A DNA stretch of 56,161 bases. Origin: an uncultured Bacteroidales bacterium. GTDB lineage: Bacteria; Bacteroidota; Bacteroidia; Bacteroidales; UBA10428. Shown here piece after piece: positions 18,199 through 28,383 of the stretch. The stretch is taken from positions 1-56,161 of the forward strand of contig CAZOLY010000001.1 in the NCBI GenBank assembly GCA_964580815.1, in the 5' to 3' direction. The notes beneath the pieces are model-generated. The model saw nothing but the letters and a program-made list of their open reading frames with translations, had not been told where the DNA came from and ran no database searches. Position 1 is the first letter of the stretch. Each line of letters begins with the position of its first letter. A program made the position numbers and the translations under genes.

Positions 18199-19347
18199 TT
18201 AATTTATTCTCTGATAAGTTTTCCACCATAAATCAGGGATCTCATGATTACATGCCTGTTGATAGTCTTCATGAGAACATGCTATTATTACGGGATTTGA
18301 TGAGTTGGTTTTTGGAATTTCCATCCACCAGCGATTTGTAATCAGACTTTTATAAAAAGTTATTTCATATTCCATGTCTTTATGGCTCACTATGAAGACC
18401 TTAAAGTTCTGATTATCAGAGAGAGGGTTTTCAATTTTTCTTACATTATATCCGTCAATGAAGTACCAGATAATCTGTGCGGCAAGATTGGCGGTCTGCT
18501 TATTATTTTCATAGACGGGATTAAGGTCGTATATACCAAATGAAGCTACTGAGTCACTAAAGCCTGCATATCTAGCAATCTGGCATGCTTCATCTGCATG
18601 TAATCCGTTTGGCGAGGGATAACGGTTTGCAGGGGCATCAGAATGCTTTATAGCACAGATGTCAAAACTTAAAATATCTGCATCCCTTAATACCGGTTCA
18701 ACAACCGAAATATCTGACCGGATAAGTCCGAGTCTGATGGAATCAAAAAAAAGACTATCCAGCTGCTTTAATAATTTCTGATCATTTAAGTATTGCTGAT
18801 GTGCAAGGTTCACATACTTGAATATTTTGTCATTATTCAGTATAATCTTTGAAAGAAACGATTTTGCGTCAAATTTTTTTTCATCAAGATCGATAACAGA
18901 GTCAACGGTAATGAGATTAACATTGTGTTTATATTGTTCAAATGCCAGATAAACTGCATAAGTCAGATCCTGTGTGCCTCCCAGTATGATTGATGCTACC
19001 TGATTATTCAGGAGTTCAATCAGTACCTCACGTAACCCGTAATAAGTATCAGTGTAAGTATTACCTTCTTTAAGATTACCAAGATCAATGATCTTCAGCT
19101 TGTCATTTATTTTATATAGCTTGTAAAGGCTTGACCTTATATGATTCGGGGCAAGCGAAACCCCTTTGTTATAAGAGTTCCTGTCTTCCGGTACGCCAAG
19201 GATAGCTATATTATAATTGCTAATTTCGTCAATAGGTACACTAGGAGTGTTTATTTTAATATTTCTGCCGAGAATTGAATCACTCAGTATTTCGGTATCA
19301 TCGGGTTTGTCAAGCTCAACCGGATTGAAGTAATCATTAAGATTCAT
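18199..19347 (-). CDS. Arginase/formiminoglutamase-fold protein with degenerate metal-binding motifs and a C-terminal extension
   Basis: 382 aa. Recognisable ureohydrolase blocks are LGGTQDLT (canonical GGDHS), VDSVIDLD (canonical DAHxD), LSFDICAIKHSDAP (canonical SxDxDxxDP) and YDLNPVYE (canonical ExNP). Confidence 0.7.
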   Translation of the reverse strand: MNLNDYFNPVELDKPDDTEILSDSILGRNIKINTPSVPIDEISNYNIAILGVPEDRNSYNKGVSLAPNHIRSSLYKLYKINDKLKIIDLGNLKEGNTYTDTYYGLREVLIELLNNQVASIILGGTQDLTYAVYLAFEQYKHNVNLITVDSVIDLDEKKFDAKSFLSKIILNNDKIFKYVNLAHQQYLNDQKLLKQLDSLFFDSIRLGLIRSDISVVEPVLRDADILSFDICAIKHSDAPANRYPSPNGLHADEACQIARYAGFSDSVASFGIYDLNPVYENNKQTANLAAQIIWYFIDGYNVRKIENPLSDNQNFKVFIVSHKDMEYEITFYKSLITNRWWMEIPKTNSSNPVIIACSHEDYQQACNHEIPDLWWKTYQRIN

Positions 19348-19359
19348 AAATATTTAAGA

Positions 19360-21690
19360 CTATTTTTTTTTATGACTTTTTTTTGTTTTGGCAGTTTCTT
19401 TAATAATTCTTATACAGTCTTCATAAGACATGGATTTTGGGTCAACTTTCCCCGGCACTTTAAAGTTTTCTTTTTTATAGGTTATATACGGGCCCCATCT
19501 GCCGTTGAGGATCATAAGATCCTTATCTTCCTGAAAGGATTTTATTATTCTGTTTCTGTCTTTCTCTAGTTTTTCCTTAATTATTTCAATAGCTCTTTCC
19601 ATGTTTATTGAGTAGGGGTCATCAACCCCCTTTATAAGAGAGTAGAATTTTGAATCATGTTTTACATAGGGGCCAAACTTGCCAATGCTTACTATAAGGT
19701 CTTTCCCTTCCAGCTGTCCTATTATCCTGGGAAGCCTGAAAAGCTGAAGGGCTTCTTCAAGGGTTATTGATTCCAGGTTCTGACCTTTTCTGAGGCTGGC
19801 AAAGCGGGGTTTTTCTTCATTTTCTTTGCTTGTATTTTCACCAATCTGCACTATTGCTCCATATCTGCCCATCTTCACTATCACTCGCTTGCCGGTTTCA
19901 GGATCATCACCCAGATAGCGATCTCCCCTGTTTAATTCTGATTTTGCAAGGGTTGATTCCACTTTTGGATGGAAATGTTTATAGAATGTGTCTATCATAT
20001 CAGTCCAGTTCTTCTTCCCTGAAGCTATATCATCAAATTCTTCCTCAATTGTTGCTGTAAAGTTATAATCCAGTATTTCCCCGAAATGCTGAACCAGAAA
20101 GTCATTTACTATCATCCCTATGTTATCGGGGAATAGTTTTGCTTTTGCTGCTCCAACAAGTTCAGTTTTAATTTCCTTGCCTATAATGTTATCTTTTAAT
20201 GCCAATGATATGTATTTTCTTTCATCACCCTGTTTATCCTGTTTGATAACATATCCTCTTTGCTGAATTGTAGATATTGTCGGTGCATATGTTGAGGGTC
20301 TTCCTATTCCCAGCTCCTCAAGTCTTTTGACCAGGCTGGCTTCGGTATAGCGTGGAGGGGGATAGGTGAATTTTTCAGTGGCACTTATTGCTGCAGGTAT
20401 TAAAGGGTCATTAATTTTTAGAGGAGGTAAAAGTCCTTTTGAACTTTCCTCAGATTCCTCGTCAGGTGACTCGTTGTATACTTTTAGAAACCCATCAAAA
20501 GTAAGTATTTCACCTGTTGCCACAAATTTTTCATCTGCGTTGGAAATATTTATTATTACGGTAGTTTTTTCAATTAAGGCATCGCTCATCTGGGATGCTA
20601 CAGTTCTTTTCCATATAAGGTCATATAATTTTTTTTCGGAATTATTGCCGGTAATAGCCTGTTTTGCGAGATATGTCGGACGAATAGCCTCGTGCGCTTC
20701 CTGTGCGCTCTTCGATTTGGTTTTATAATTTCTGATATTTATATATTTGTCCCCGTATTCCCTGGAAATAATTTCTTTTGCCGCATACAAGGCAGTATTG
20801 GATAAATTTACCGAATCGGTACGCATATATGTTATTTTCCCGGCTTCGTAAAGATGCTGGGCGATTATCATGGTTTGTGCTACTGAAAATCCAAGTTTTC
20901 TGCTTGCTTCCTGTTGTAAGGTCGATGTAGTAAAAGGAGGCGATGGGGTTTTCCTGGAAGGTTTTTTTGTTATATCTGCAATAGAAAATGCTGCAACTTT
21001 AAATTTTCCCAGTAGTTCAAGGGCTTTTTTTTCTGATTCTATTTTATCCTGTATCTCTGCCTTAAGTTCATATATCTTGTTATCCTTATCTCTTACCTTG
21101 AATATTCCTGATATTTTGTAATAAGGTGAATATTTGAAATTTATTATTTCCCTTTCCCTTTCGACAATAAGGCGCACAGCAACAGACTGGACCCTTCCTG
21201 CAGACAGGGCAGGTTTTACTTTTTTCCATAATAAGGGAGAAAGCTCGAAACCTACCAGCCGGTCAAGAATTCTTCTTGCCTGCTGGGCATCAACAAGGTT
21301 ATAATCTATTCCCCTGTGGCTCTTAATAGCATTAAGTATGGCATTTTTTGTTATTTCATGAAAGACTATACGTTTAGTATGGTCTTTATTAAGCTCAAGA
21401 GTTTCACACAGATGCCAGGCAATTGCTTCACCTTCCCTGTCTTCATCTGAAGCTAACCATACTGTTTTGGATTCTTTAACCAGTTTTCTTAATTCAGCGA
21501 CTATTTTCTTTTTATCTTCAGGGACAATATATTTAGGCTTATATTCATTTTTAATATCAATGCCGAGATCTTTTTTTGATAAATCCCGGATATGACCCAT
21601 ACTTGATTTTACCTGGAATTCTTTACCAAGGAATTTTTCAATAGTCCTTGCTTTGGCCGGTGATTCAACTATTACTAAATTTTCAATCAT
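19360..21690 (-). CDS. topA: DNA topoisomerase I (type IA)
   Basis: The Toprim N-terminus is LVIVESPAKARTIEKFLG and the active-site Tyr block is ITYMRTDS. The C-terminus carries GRYGAIV, GKFGPYV and GRWGPYI repeats. Confidence 0.96.
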   Translation of the reverse strand: MIENLVIVESPAKARTIEKFLGKEFQVKSSMGHIRDLSKKDLGIDIKNEYKPKYIVPEDKKKIVAELRKLVKESKTVWLASDEDREGEAIAWHLCETLELNKDHTKRIVFHEITKNAILNAIKSHRGIDYNLVDAQQARRILDRLVGFELSPLLWKKVKPALSAGRVQSVAVRLIVEREREIINFKYSPYYKISGIFKVRDKDNKIYELKAEIQDKIESEKKALELLGKFKVAAFSIADITKKPSRKTPSPPFTTSTLQQEASRKLGFSVAQTMIIAQHLYEAGKITYMRTDSVNLSNTALYAAKEIISREYGDKYINIRNYKTKSKSAQEAHEAIRPTYLAKQAITGNNSEKKLYDLIWKRTVASQMSDALIEKTTVIINISNADEKFVATGEILTFDGFLKVYNESPDEESEESSKGLLPPLKINDPLIPAAISATEKFTYPPPRYTEASLVKRLEELGIGRPSTYAPTISTIQQRGYVIKQDKQGDERKYISLALKDNIIGKEIKTELVGAAKAKLFPDNIGMIVNDFLVQHFGEILDYNFTATIEEEFDDIASGKKNWTDMIDTFYKHFHPKVESTLAKSELNRGDRYLGDDPETGKRVIVKMGRYGAIVQIGENTSKENEEKPRFASLRKGQNLESITLEEALQLFRLPRIIGQLEGKDLIVSIGKFGPYVKHDSKFYSLIKGVDDPYSINMERAIEIIKEKLEKDRNRIIKSFQEDKDLMILNGRWGPYITYKKENFKVPGKVDPKSMSYEDCIRIIKETAKTKKSHKKK

Positions 21691-21766
21691 TAAGTAAAAT
21701 TATTAAAAACTTCACAAAGTAAAGTAATTACGATACTAACTTCAAAAATTTAAATTAAATAATTAT

Positions 21767-21774
21767 TACTTTTG
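21767..21774 (+). promoter_or_regulatory. Candidate -7 promoter box (TAnnTTTG) for the PBP1A gene
   Basis: TACTTTTG ends 21 nt upstream of the ATG at 21796. The ORF-track TTG start at 21772 lies inside this box, which argues for the ATG. Confidence 0.35.
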
Positions 21775-21795
21775 CGTCAAACATGCAATTTTATT

Positions 21796-24162
21796 ATGAA
21801 TAAAGCAAAGATATCGCGAAAAAGGTTAAATATAATTTTCTGGGGAGTATTTGCATCACCGTTTATTTTTCTTCTGATTATTTTTATTCTGGTATCAAAG
21901 GGCAAACTTGGATATATGCCTGATTTTGAAGAGCTTGAGAATCCAAACATTAACCTGGCCACACAGGTTATTAGTGAGGATGGGGTTGTCCTGGGATCAT
22001 TTTATTATAAAAACCAGAACCGCACTTTTGTAGACTATGAGGATCTGCCGCAGCATTTAATTGATGCTTTAATAGCCACCGAGGATATAAGGTTTTATAA
22101 ACACGCCGGCATTGATGCCCGCGGCTTAGCCAGGGTATTATTCAGGACAATTCTGGTCGGACAAAAGGGGAGCGGGGGAGGAAGTACAATTTCACAGCAG
22201 CTGGCAAAGAACCTCTTTCCCCGTGATACAACCACTTATAATTCCAAATATACAAGAACAGCAAGATTAGTAATTACGAAACTCAGGGAGTGGGTAACGG
22301 CCGTTAAGCTTGAAAGATCTTACACAAAGCAGGAAATTATTACAATGTATTTCAACCAGGTTGATTTTTTGTATAAGGCTGTCGGGATAAAGTCGGCTGC
22401 ACAGGTATATTTTAATACTAGTCCGGACTCCCTGAAAATAGAAGAATCAGCTATGCTGGTAGGGATGGCAAAAAATCCGGTATTATATAATCCGCTGAGG
22501 GAGAATTATGCGGAGCTTGCCCTGAAAAGGCGTAATATTGTTCTTTCACAGATGAAGAAGTACGGATTTCTTGAACAGGCTGAATACGATTCACTAAAAA
22601 ATCTGGCTGTTGTAACAAATTACCAGAAGATTTCACATAATCTGGGACTGGCAACATATTACAGGGAGTTCATCAGAAGGACACTTACTGCTGAAAAACC
22701 AGCAAGAAGAAATTATTTTCAATACAGCAGGTTCAGGGAGGATTCCATAAAATGGGAAAGTGATCCTTTATATGGCTGGTGCAATAAAAATAAAAAACCT
22801 GATGGCTCGTCCTACGATCTTTATACAGACGGACTAAGAATTTATACTACTATTAATTCAAAATTGCAGCAGTACGCTGAGGAAGCCGTCAGGGAGTATC
22901 TGGGGGAATATTTGCAGGATGTTTTTTTAAGTGAGAAGAAGGGAAGGAAGGATGCTCCTTTCTCTGATGATCTCGATCAAAATCAGATTAATAGTATTCT
23001 CTGGACGGCGATGGCAAATTCCGACAGGGGCAGGAAGCTCAGGAGGCAGGGTATGTCAAGGGAATCAATTTATAAAGTATTCAATACTCCTGTTGAGATG
23101 ACGGTATTTAGCTGGAAGGACGATATTGATACAGTCATGACGCCCCTGGATTCAATTATTTACTATAAGCATTTTCTTCAGTCCGGATTATTATCAATGG
23201 ATCCTTTGACTGGCGAAGTTAAGGCTTATGTGGGGGGACTTGATTTCAGGTATTTTAAATATGATCATGTAACCCAGGGTAAGAGGCAGGCCGGATCAAC
23301 ATTTAAGCCTTTTCTTTATATTCTGGCGATGCAGGAAGGATTTTCTCCCTGCCAGCAAGTGCTGAATACTACGCAGGTTTTCTACGATAAGGACACTGTA
23401 TGGATACCCAAAAGTAATAGCAGGCCCAAAGATATGAATCAGATGAGGACTTTAAAATGGGGACTGGCACTTTCAGAGAATAATATATCCGCATGGCTGG
23501 TTAAAAAATTTAAGCCCCAGCCTATTGCTGATATTGCATATAAGATGGGGATAAAAAGCTATATTGATCCTGTGCCTCCTATGATTTATGGAACTTCGGA
23601 TATGTCTGTCGAGGAAATGGTAGGGGCATATGCAACTTTTGCCAATAAAGGAATTCACACTGATCCTTTATACGTTACAAGGATTGAGGATAAGAACGGG
23701 AACCTGCTGGCAACTTTTCAGCCCGAGAGGGTAGAATCAATTAGTGAACAGACAGCATTCCTGATGCTTAACCTTATGGAGGGAGTAATAAATTTTGGAA
23801 CGGCCGTAAGATTAAGATACAGGTATAATTTCACGGCACAGATTGCAGGCAAAACAGGAACAACGCAGAATCATTCAGACGGATGGTTTATAGGAATTAC
23901 ACCGAAGCTTATTTCAGGAATCTGGGTAGGGGCAGAAGACAGGGCAGTACATTTTGATGAACTGGCCCTGGGCTCCGGTACAAATATGGCTTTGCCAATA
24001 TGGGCACACTATATGGAGAAAGTATATGCTGATTCATCACTTGGAATTACAGAGGAAGATCTTTTTGAAGAACCTGCCGATTTTAATATTGTTATAGATT
24101 GTGACAAATATGAGACTGACGATATCGGGGCTCGTGATATTGATGATATAGATTTGGACTGA
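21796..24162 (+). CDS. mrcA: Bifunctional penicillin-binding protein 1A (glycosyltransferase GT51 plus transpeptidase)
   Basis: The GT51 motif is EDIRFYKHAGID. Transpeptidase motifs are STFK (SxxK), SEN (SxN) and KTGTT. An N-terminal TM anchor is present. Confidence 0.93.
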   Translation: MNKAKISRKRLNIIFWGVFASPFIFLLIIFILVSKGKLGYMPDFEELENPNINLATQVISEDGVVLGSFYYKNQNRTFVDYEDLPQHLIDALIATEDIRFYKHAGIDARGLARVLFRTILVGQKGSGGGSTISQQLAKNLFPRDTTTYNSKYTRTARLVITKLREWVTAVKLERSYTKQEIITMYFNQVDFLYKAVGIKSAAQVYFNTSPDSLKIEESAMLVGMAKNPVLYNPLRENYAELALKRRNIVLSQMKKYGFLEQAEYDSLKNLAVVTNYQKISHNLGLATYYREFIRRTLTAEKPARRNYFQYSRFREDSIKWESDPLYGWCNKNKKPDGSSYDLYTDGLRIYTTINSKLQQYAEEAVREYLGEYLQDVFLSEKKGRKDAPFSDDLDQNQINSILWTAMANSDRGRKLRRQGMSRESIYKVFNTPVEMTVFSWKDDIDTVMTPLDSIIYYKHFLQSGLLSMDPLTGEVKAYVGGLDFRYFKYDHVTQGKRQAGSTFKPFLYILAMQEGFSPCQQVLNTTQVFYDKDTVWIPKSNSRPKDMNQMRTLKWGLALSENNISAWLVKKFKPQPIADIAYKMGIKSYIDPVPPMIYGTSDMSVEEMVGAYATFANKGIHTDPLYVTRIEDKNGNLLATFQPERVESISEQTAFLMLNLMEGVINFGTAVRLRYRYNFTAQIAGKTGTTQNHSDGWFIGITPKLISGIWVGAEDRAVHFDELALGSGTNMALPIWAHYMEKVYADSSLGITEEDLFEEPADFNIVIDCDKYETDDIGARDIDDIDLD

Positions 24163-24167
24163 GGCTG

Positions 24168-25523
24168 TTATTTGAACAGGTATTTTATAACGCCTTCAAC
24201 TTTTTTTACTCTTGTTATTCCTATTTTAGTTTTAGCAACCGGACTTACATTAATATTTGAAATAAAAATTTCCTGAAACCCTTGTCTTTCCGCTTCCTTT
24301 ATTCTCTGGTCAATATGATTTACAGGTCTTATTTCACCTGATAAACCAACCTCTCCGGCAAAGCATATTTTTTTATTTATTGGCTTGTCAAAGCTTGAAG
24401 AAAGTATGGCGCATATTACTGCAAGGTCTATAGCAGGGTCACTGACCTTTATCCCTCCAGCTATATTTAAAAATACATCTTTTGTTGCCAGTCTGAATCC
24501 TGCTTTTTTCTCAAGTACGGCAAGTAACATGTTTAATCTTCTGATATCAAATCCCGTTGTGCTTCGCTGGGGCATCCCGTAAACAGCCGAGCTTACCAGG
24601 GCCTGGACTTCTATTAAAAATGGGCGTATCCCGTCTATTGTAGATGCTATTGCCACACCACTCATATTTTCTGTACCCTGAGAAATCAGTATCTGCGAGG
24701 GATTATTAATTTCCTTTAATCCGTTATTTTGCATCTCGAAAATACCCAGCTCGGAGGTTGGACCGAATCTGTTCTTTAATACTCTCAGTATCCTGTATAC
24801 ATAGTTACTGTCTCCTTCGAATAACAAAACAGTATCAACAATATGCTCCAGGATTTTTGGTCCGGCCAGAGTACCGTCTTTGGTTATGTGTCCGATTAAT
24901 ATTACCGGGATAGAAGTTTTTTTTGCGAATTTTAATAATCTTGAGGCACATTCCCTAACCTGGGAAACACTTCCCTGTGATGATTCTATATCTTCAGTTT
25001 GCAATGTTTGTACCGAGTCAATAATAACAATATCAGGTTTAATATTCTGAATTTGTGCAAATATATTCTCTATCAATATTTCACTAAGTATAAAGCAGTT
25101 GTCACTTTTCAGTTTTAACCTGTCGGCACGGAGTTTTATCTGCTGATAGCTTTCTTCACCAGATATATAAAGAATTTTTAACTCATTAATAGTCAGGGCA
25201 AGCTGCAATGCGATAGTTGATTTGCCAATTCCCGGCTCGCCCCCCAGTAAAACTAGGGACCCCGGCACTAATCCTCCACCCAGTATCCTGTTTATTTCAG
25301 TATTTTTAGTGTCTATTCTTTTTTCACTTGTTGATACTATTTCTGAAATTGATACGGGATCAAAGCCGGATCCGGAGAATTTCAATTCATGTGTTTTGAT
25401 GTTTCTTTGTACTACTTCTTCAACGTAGGTATTCCATTGTCCGCACGACTGGCATCTTCCCATCCATTTTGAAGCTTCAGCCCCGCAATTCTGGCATATA
25501 TATACAGTTCTGGATTTCGGCAT
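24168..25523 (-). CDS. radA: DNA repair protein RadA/Sms
   Basis: The zinc finger is CQNCGAEASKWMGRCQSCGQWNT, Walker A is GGEPGIGKST, and the KNRFG motif and a Lon-like C-terminus are present. The ORF-track start at 25538 is a TTG. The ATG at 25523 (MPKSRTVYICQNCG) fits the family. Confidence 0.94.
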   Translation of the reverse strand: MPKSRTVYICQNCGAEASKWMGRCQSCGQWNTYVEEVVQRNIKTHELKFSGSGFDPVSISEIVSTSEKRIDTKNTEINRILGGGLVPGSLVLLGGEPGIGKSTIALQLALTINELKILYISGEESYQQIKLRADRLKLKSDNCFILSEILIENIFAQIQNIKPDIVIIDSVQTLQTEDIESSQGSVSQVRECASRLLKFAKKTSIPVILIGHITKDGTLAGPKILEHIVDTVLLFEGDSNYVYRILRVLKNRFGPTSELGIFEMQNNGLKEINNPSQILISQGTENMSGVAIASTIDGIRPFLIEVQALVSSAVYGMPQRSTTGFDIRRLNMLLAVLEKKAGFRLATKDVFLNIAGGIKVSDPAIDLAVICAILSSSFDKPINKKICFAGEVGLSGEIRPVNHIDQRIKEAERQGFQEIFISNINVSPVAKTKIGITRVKKVEGVIKYLFK

Positions 25524-25564
25524 CAGTATTAATTTCAAATATTTATACGGAGGCAGTTCTTATT

Positions 25565-26062
25565 TTAATTGTTTTCTGAAGTTATCTTATCTATTATGTC
25601 ACTTGAAGAACATCCCCTGACATAATCTATAGTAATAACCTTTCCTCCTTTAGCTTCAACAATATCCCTGCCCACTATTTCTTCAGGTTTATAATCACTG
25701 CCTTTAACAAGTATATCGGGCTGAATGATCTTCAGCAGCTTATAAGGTGTTTCTTCATCAAAAAGGATCACTGCTGTAACAAAGAATAGTGATGCAAGGA
25801 TCAGGGCACGGGAATATTCATCCTGGTATGGCCTCCCCGCTCTTTTTATTTTCTTTACCGATTTATCGGTATTCAATCCGATTACCAGGATATCACCATA
25901 ACTTGCAGCTTTGGACAAATATTCAATATGTCCCCTGTGTATAATATCAAAACATCCGTTGGTAAATACTATTGTTTTTCTATTAAATCTCCACTGTGCC
26001 AAAAGGTAGTGCAAGGAATCTGCTCCGATTATTTTTGATTTTATTATTTCCAGTTTGTCCAT
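25565..26062 (-). CDS. rfaE2: Cytidylyltransferase-fold adenylyltransferase, RfaE domain II type (D-glycero-beta-D-manno-heptose 1-phosphate adenylyltransferase-like)
   Basis: 165 aa with the HxGH motif block FTNGCFDIIHRGHIEYL. Confidence 0.8.
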   Translation of the reverse strand: MDKLEIIKSKIIGADSLHYLLAQWRFNRKTIVFTNGCFDIIHRGHIEYLSKAASYGDILVIGLNTDKSVKKIKRAGRPYQDEYSRALILASLFFVTAVILFDEETPYKLLKIIQPDILVKGSDYKPEEIVGRDIVEAKGGKVITIDYVRGCSSSDIIDKITSENN

Positions 26063-26128
26063 TAATGATAGTGTTTAACAGATACAGAAATATGTTCATA
26101 AGAAGTTGGCATAACACAAATGAGGATG

Positions 26129-26482
26129 CTACTTTAAGAGCTTGTTGGTTTTGGTATCCGGGAAGACCAGCGCAGGACTAAACTTTCTTGCTTCTTCAAA
26201 ATCCATTGCAGCATAAGAAATAATAATTATTATATCTCCAATATTTACTTTCCTTGCGGCCGGACCGTTAATAACTATTTCTCCGGTACCTCTTTTCCCC
26301 TTCATTACATAAGTATCAAGCCGTTCGCCGTTGTTGATATCAAGTACCTGGACTTTTTCAAATTCGATAAGGTTTGCAGCATCCATTAAATCTTCATCAA
26401 TGCCAATACTGCCTATATAGTTAAGGTTTGCATCCGTAACGGTTACCCTGTGTATTTTTGATTTTACTATTTCTATCTGCAT
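26129..26482 (-). CDS. panD: Aspartate 1-decarboxylase proenzyme
   Basis: [24 protein letters not shown] contains the Gly-Ser self-cleavage site. The ORF-track start at 26491 is a TTG, and the ATG at 26482 gives [12 protein letters not shown]. Confidence 0.93.
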   Translation of the reverse strand: MQIEIVKSKIHRVTVTDANLNYIGSIGIDEDLMDAANLIEFEKVQVLDINNGERLDTYVMKGKRGTGEIVINGPAARKVNIGDIIIIISYAAMDFEEARKFSPALVFPDTKTNKLLK

Positions 26483-26493
26483 AATATGCAAAG

Positions 26494-27336
26494 TTACAAA
26501 TTAAAAACTATATTATCTATAAGTCTTACATCTCCTGCTTTTACTGCAATACAGCCGACTTTTACGGATAGTTCTTCCCAGCTTTTAACCGGATTAAGAT
26601 TAATATTGTCAACTATTTCAAAATACTCAACGCTAAGATGCGGGTCTTTATTCAGAGTATTTACCACAGTTTTTTTTACATGGCCGACAGTATATTTTTT
26701 ACTGTTTTTTTCAGCCTGGCATAAAGTATGATAAATTAGGGGGGCATGCTTACGTTGTTCAGCAGACAAAAGGCTGTTCCTGGAGCTCATTGCCAGTCCG
26801 TCCTTCTCACGCACAGTAGGGCAGGAGATAATCCTGACAGGCAACTTTAAATCTTCGGTAAGTTTTTTAATAATTATAAGCTGCTGGAAGTCCTTTAGTC
26901 CGAAATAAGCTTTATGAGGAGTAACTACTTCAAACAGCCTTGTTACTATTCTGGCGACCCCTGTAAAATGTCCGGGCCTGTATTTACCTTCCAGAACCTT
27001 ATCCAAATGCCCGAAGTCATATTCAAAGCTGTCAGGTTTATCATACATCTCACTTTCTGCCGGTGTAAAAACGATATCACAATTTATTGTTCTCAGGATT
27101 TTCAGATCAGCTTCAAGAGTCCTGGGGTAATTTTTAAAATCACTTTTATCATTAAACTGTGTCGGATTTACAAAAATGCTTACTACTGTAACATCATTCT
27201 GTTTTAATGAACAATCAATAAGTGACAGATGTCCTTTATGCAATGCTCCCATTGTAGGGACAAAACCAATTGTCGACCCTGGCCCGAGGGATTCAATTTT
27301 TCTGCGGATATCCGACTTATATTTGAATATATCCAT
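26494..27336 (-). CDS. panC: Pantoate--beta-alanine ligase
   Basis: The [16 protein letters not shown] motif is present. 280 aa, directly upstream of panD. Confidence 0.94.
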   Translation of the reverse strand: MDIFKYKSDIRRKIESLGPGSTIGFVPTMGALHKGHLSLIDCSLKQNDVTVVSIFVNPTQFNDKSDFKNYPRTLEADLKILRTINCDIVFTPAESEMYDKPDSFEYDFGHLDKVLEGKYRPGHFTGVARIVTRLFEVVTPHKAYFGLKDFQQLIIIKKLTEDLKLPVRIISCPTVREKDGLAMSSRNSLLSAEQRKHAPLIYHTLCQAEKNSKKYTVGHVKKTVVNTLNKDPHLSVEYFEIVDNINLNPVKSWEELSVKVGCIAVKAGDVRLIDNIVFNL

Positions 27337-27521
27337 GTGTGGATAAATGTTCTTGTTTATTTTAAATCAAACATACAATTTTTTAAATCGAAATTTAAAA
27401 ATTTTATGATTTATTGGTGGCTGAGCAAAGAGTAATTTCATGCACCATTAATTATGTGCTATCAGAGAAGTCATAAAATACTGTTGCAGTCATTGAATTA
27501 TATAATCTTAATTATTTTTAG

Positions 27522-27529
27522 TAATTTTG
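27522..27529 (+). promoter_or_regulatory. Candidate -7 promoter box (TAnnTTTG)
   Basis: TAATTTTG ends 32 nt upstream of the ATG at 27562. Confidence 0.35.
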
Positions 27530-27561
27530 CATATTAATTGAAAATATTATCCATTTGATGT

Positions 27562-28383
27562 ATGGAAGGCACGAAAATTTTGTATATCTCGCAGGAAATT
27601 ACCCCATATTTACCGGAAACAGAGATGTCTATTATTGCCCGCAATCTTCCACAAGGTATTCAGGAGAGAGGAAGAGAAATTCGTACATTTATGCCAAAGT
27701 ACGGATGTATAAATGAGCGAAGAAACCAGTTGCATGAGGTTATTAGGTTATCGGGAATGAATATTATTATTAATGATACAGACCATCCCCTGATTATAAA
27801 GGTTGCTTCGATACAGACTGCCAGAATGCAGGTTTATTTTATCGATAATGATGATTACTTTCAAAGGAAGCATATATTAAATGATGAGAATGGAGAGTAC
27901 TTTGATGATAATGATGAAAGAGCGATCTTCTTTGCTAGAGGGGTAATTGAGACGGTCAAGAAGTTGCAATGGGCTCCTGACATTGTTCATTGTCACGGCT
28001 GGTTTACAAGTTTAATACCCTTATATCTTAAAAAGGTATTTTACGATAACCCTCTTTTTCTGGACTCAAAGATTATCCTGTCAATATATAATAATGATTT
28101 TAACAAACCGTTAAATAAATCGTTAAAGAGCAAATTAATATCAGAAGGAATTACCGGTGAGGAATTAAATATTATTAAGGACCCAAATTATGTTAACCTC
28201 AACAAACTGGCTATAAGTATGTCGGATGCTGTAATTTTGGGAAGCGATAATATTGATCCTGACATTAAAAAGTATATTGAAATTAAAGATAAACCTATAC
28301 TTAATTATTATAATGGTGATAATTACATTGATATTTATTCCGAGTTTTATAATAAAATTTTAACTGAAACTGTTAATGCTTAG
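27562..28383 (+). CDS. Half-size glycogen/starch-synthase-like protein (GT5 N-terminal Rossmann domain only)
   Basis: 273 aa. KILYISQEITPY... resembles the GlgA N-terminus but lacks the KTGGL motif, and there is no C-terminal GT-B half. Confidence 0.75.
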   Translation: MEGTKILYISQEITPYLPETEMSIIARNLPQGIQERGREIRTFMPKYGCINERRNQLHEVIRLSGMNIIINDTDHPLIIKVASIQTARMQVYFIDNDDYFQRKHILNDENGEYFDDNDERAIFFARGVIETVKKLQWAPDIVHCHGWFTSLIPLYLKKVFYDNPLFLDSKIILSIYNNDFNKPLNKSLKSKLISEGITGEELNIIKDPNYVNLNKLAISMSDAVILGSDNIDPDIKKYIEIKDKPILNYYNGDNYIDIYSEFYNKILTETVNA

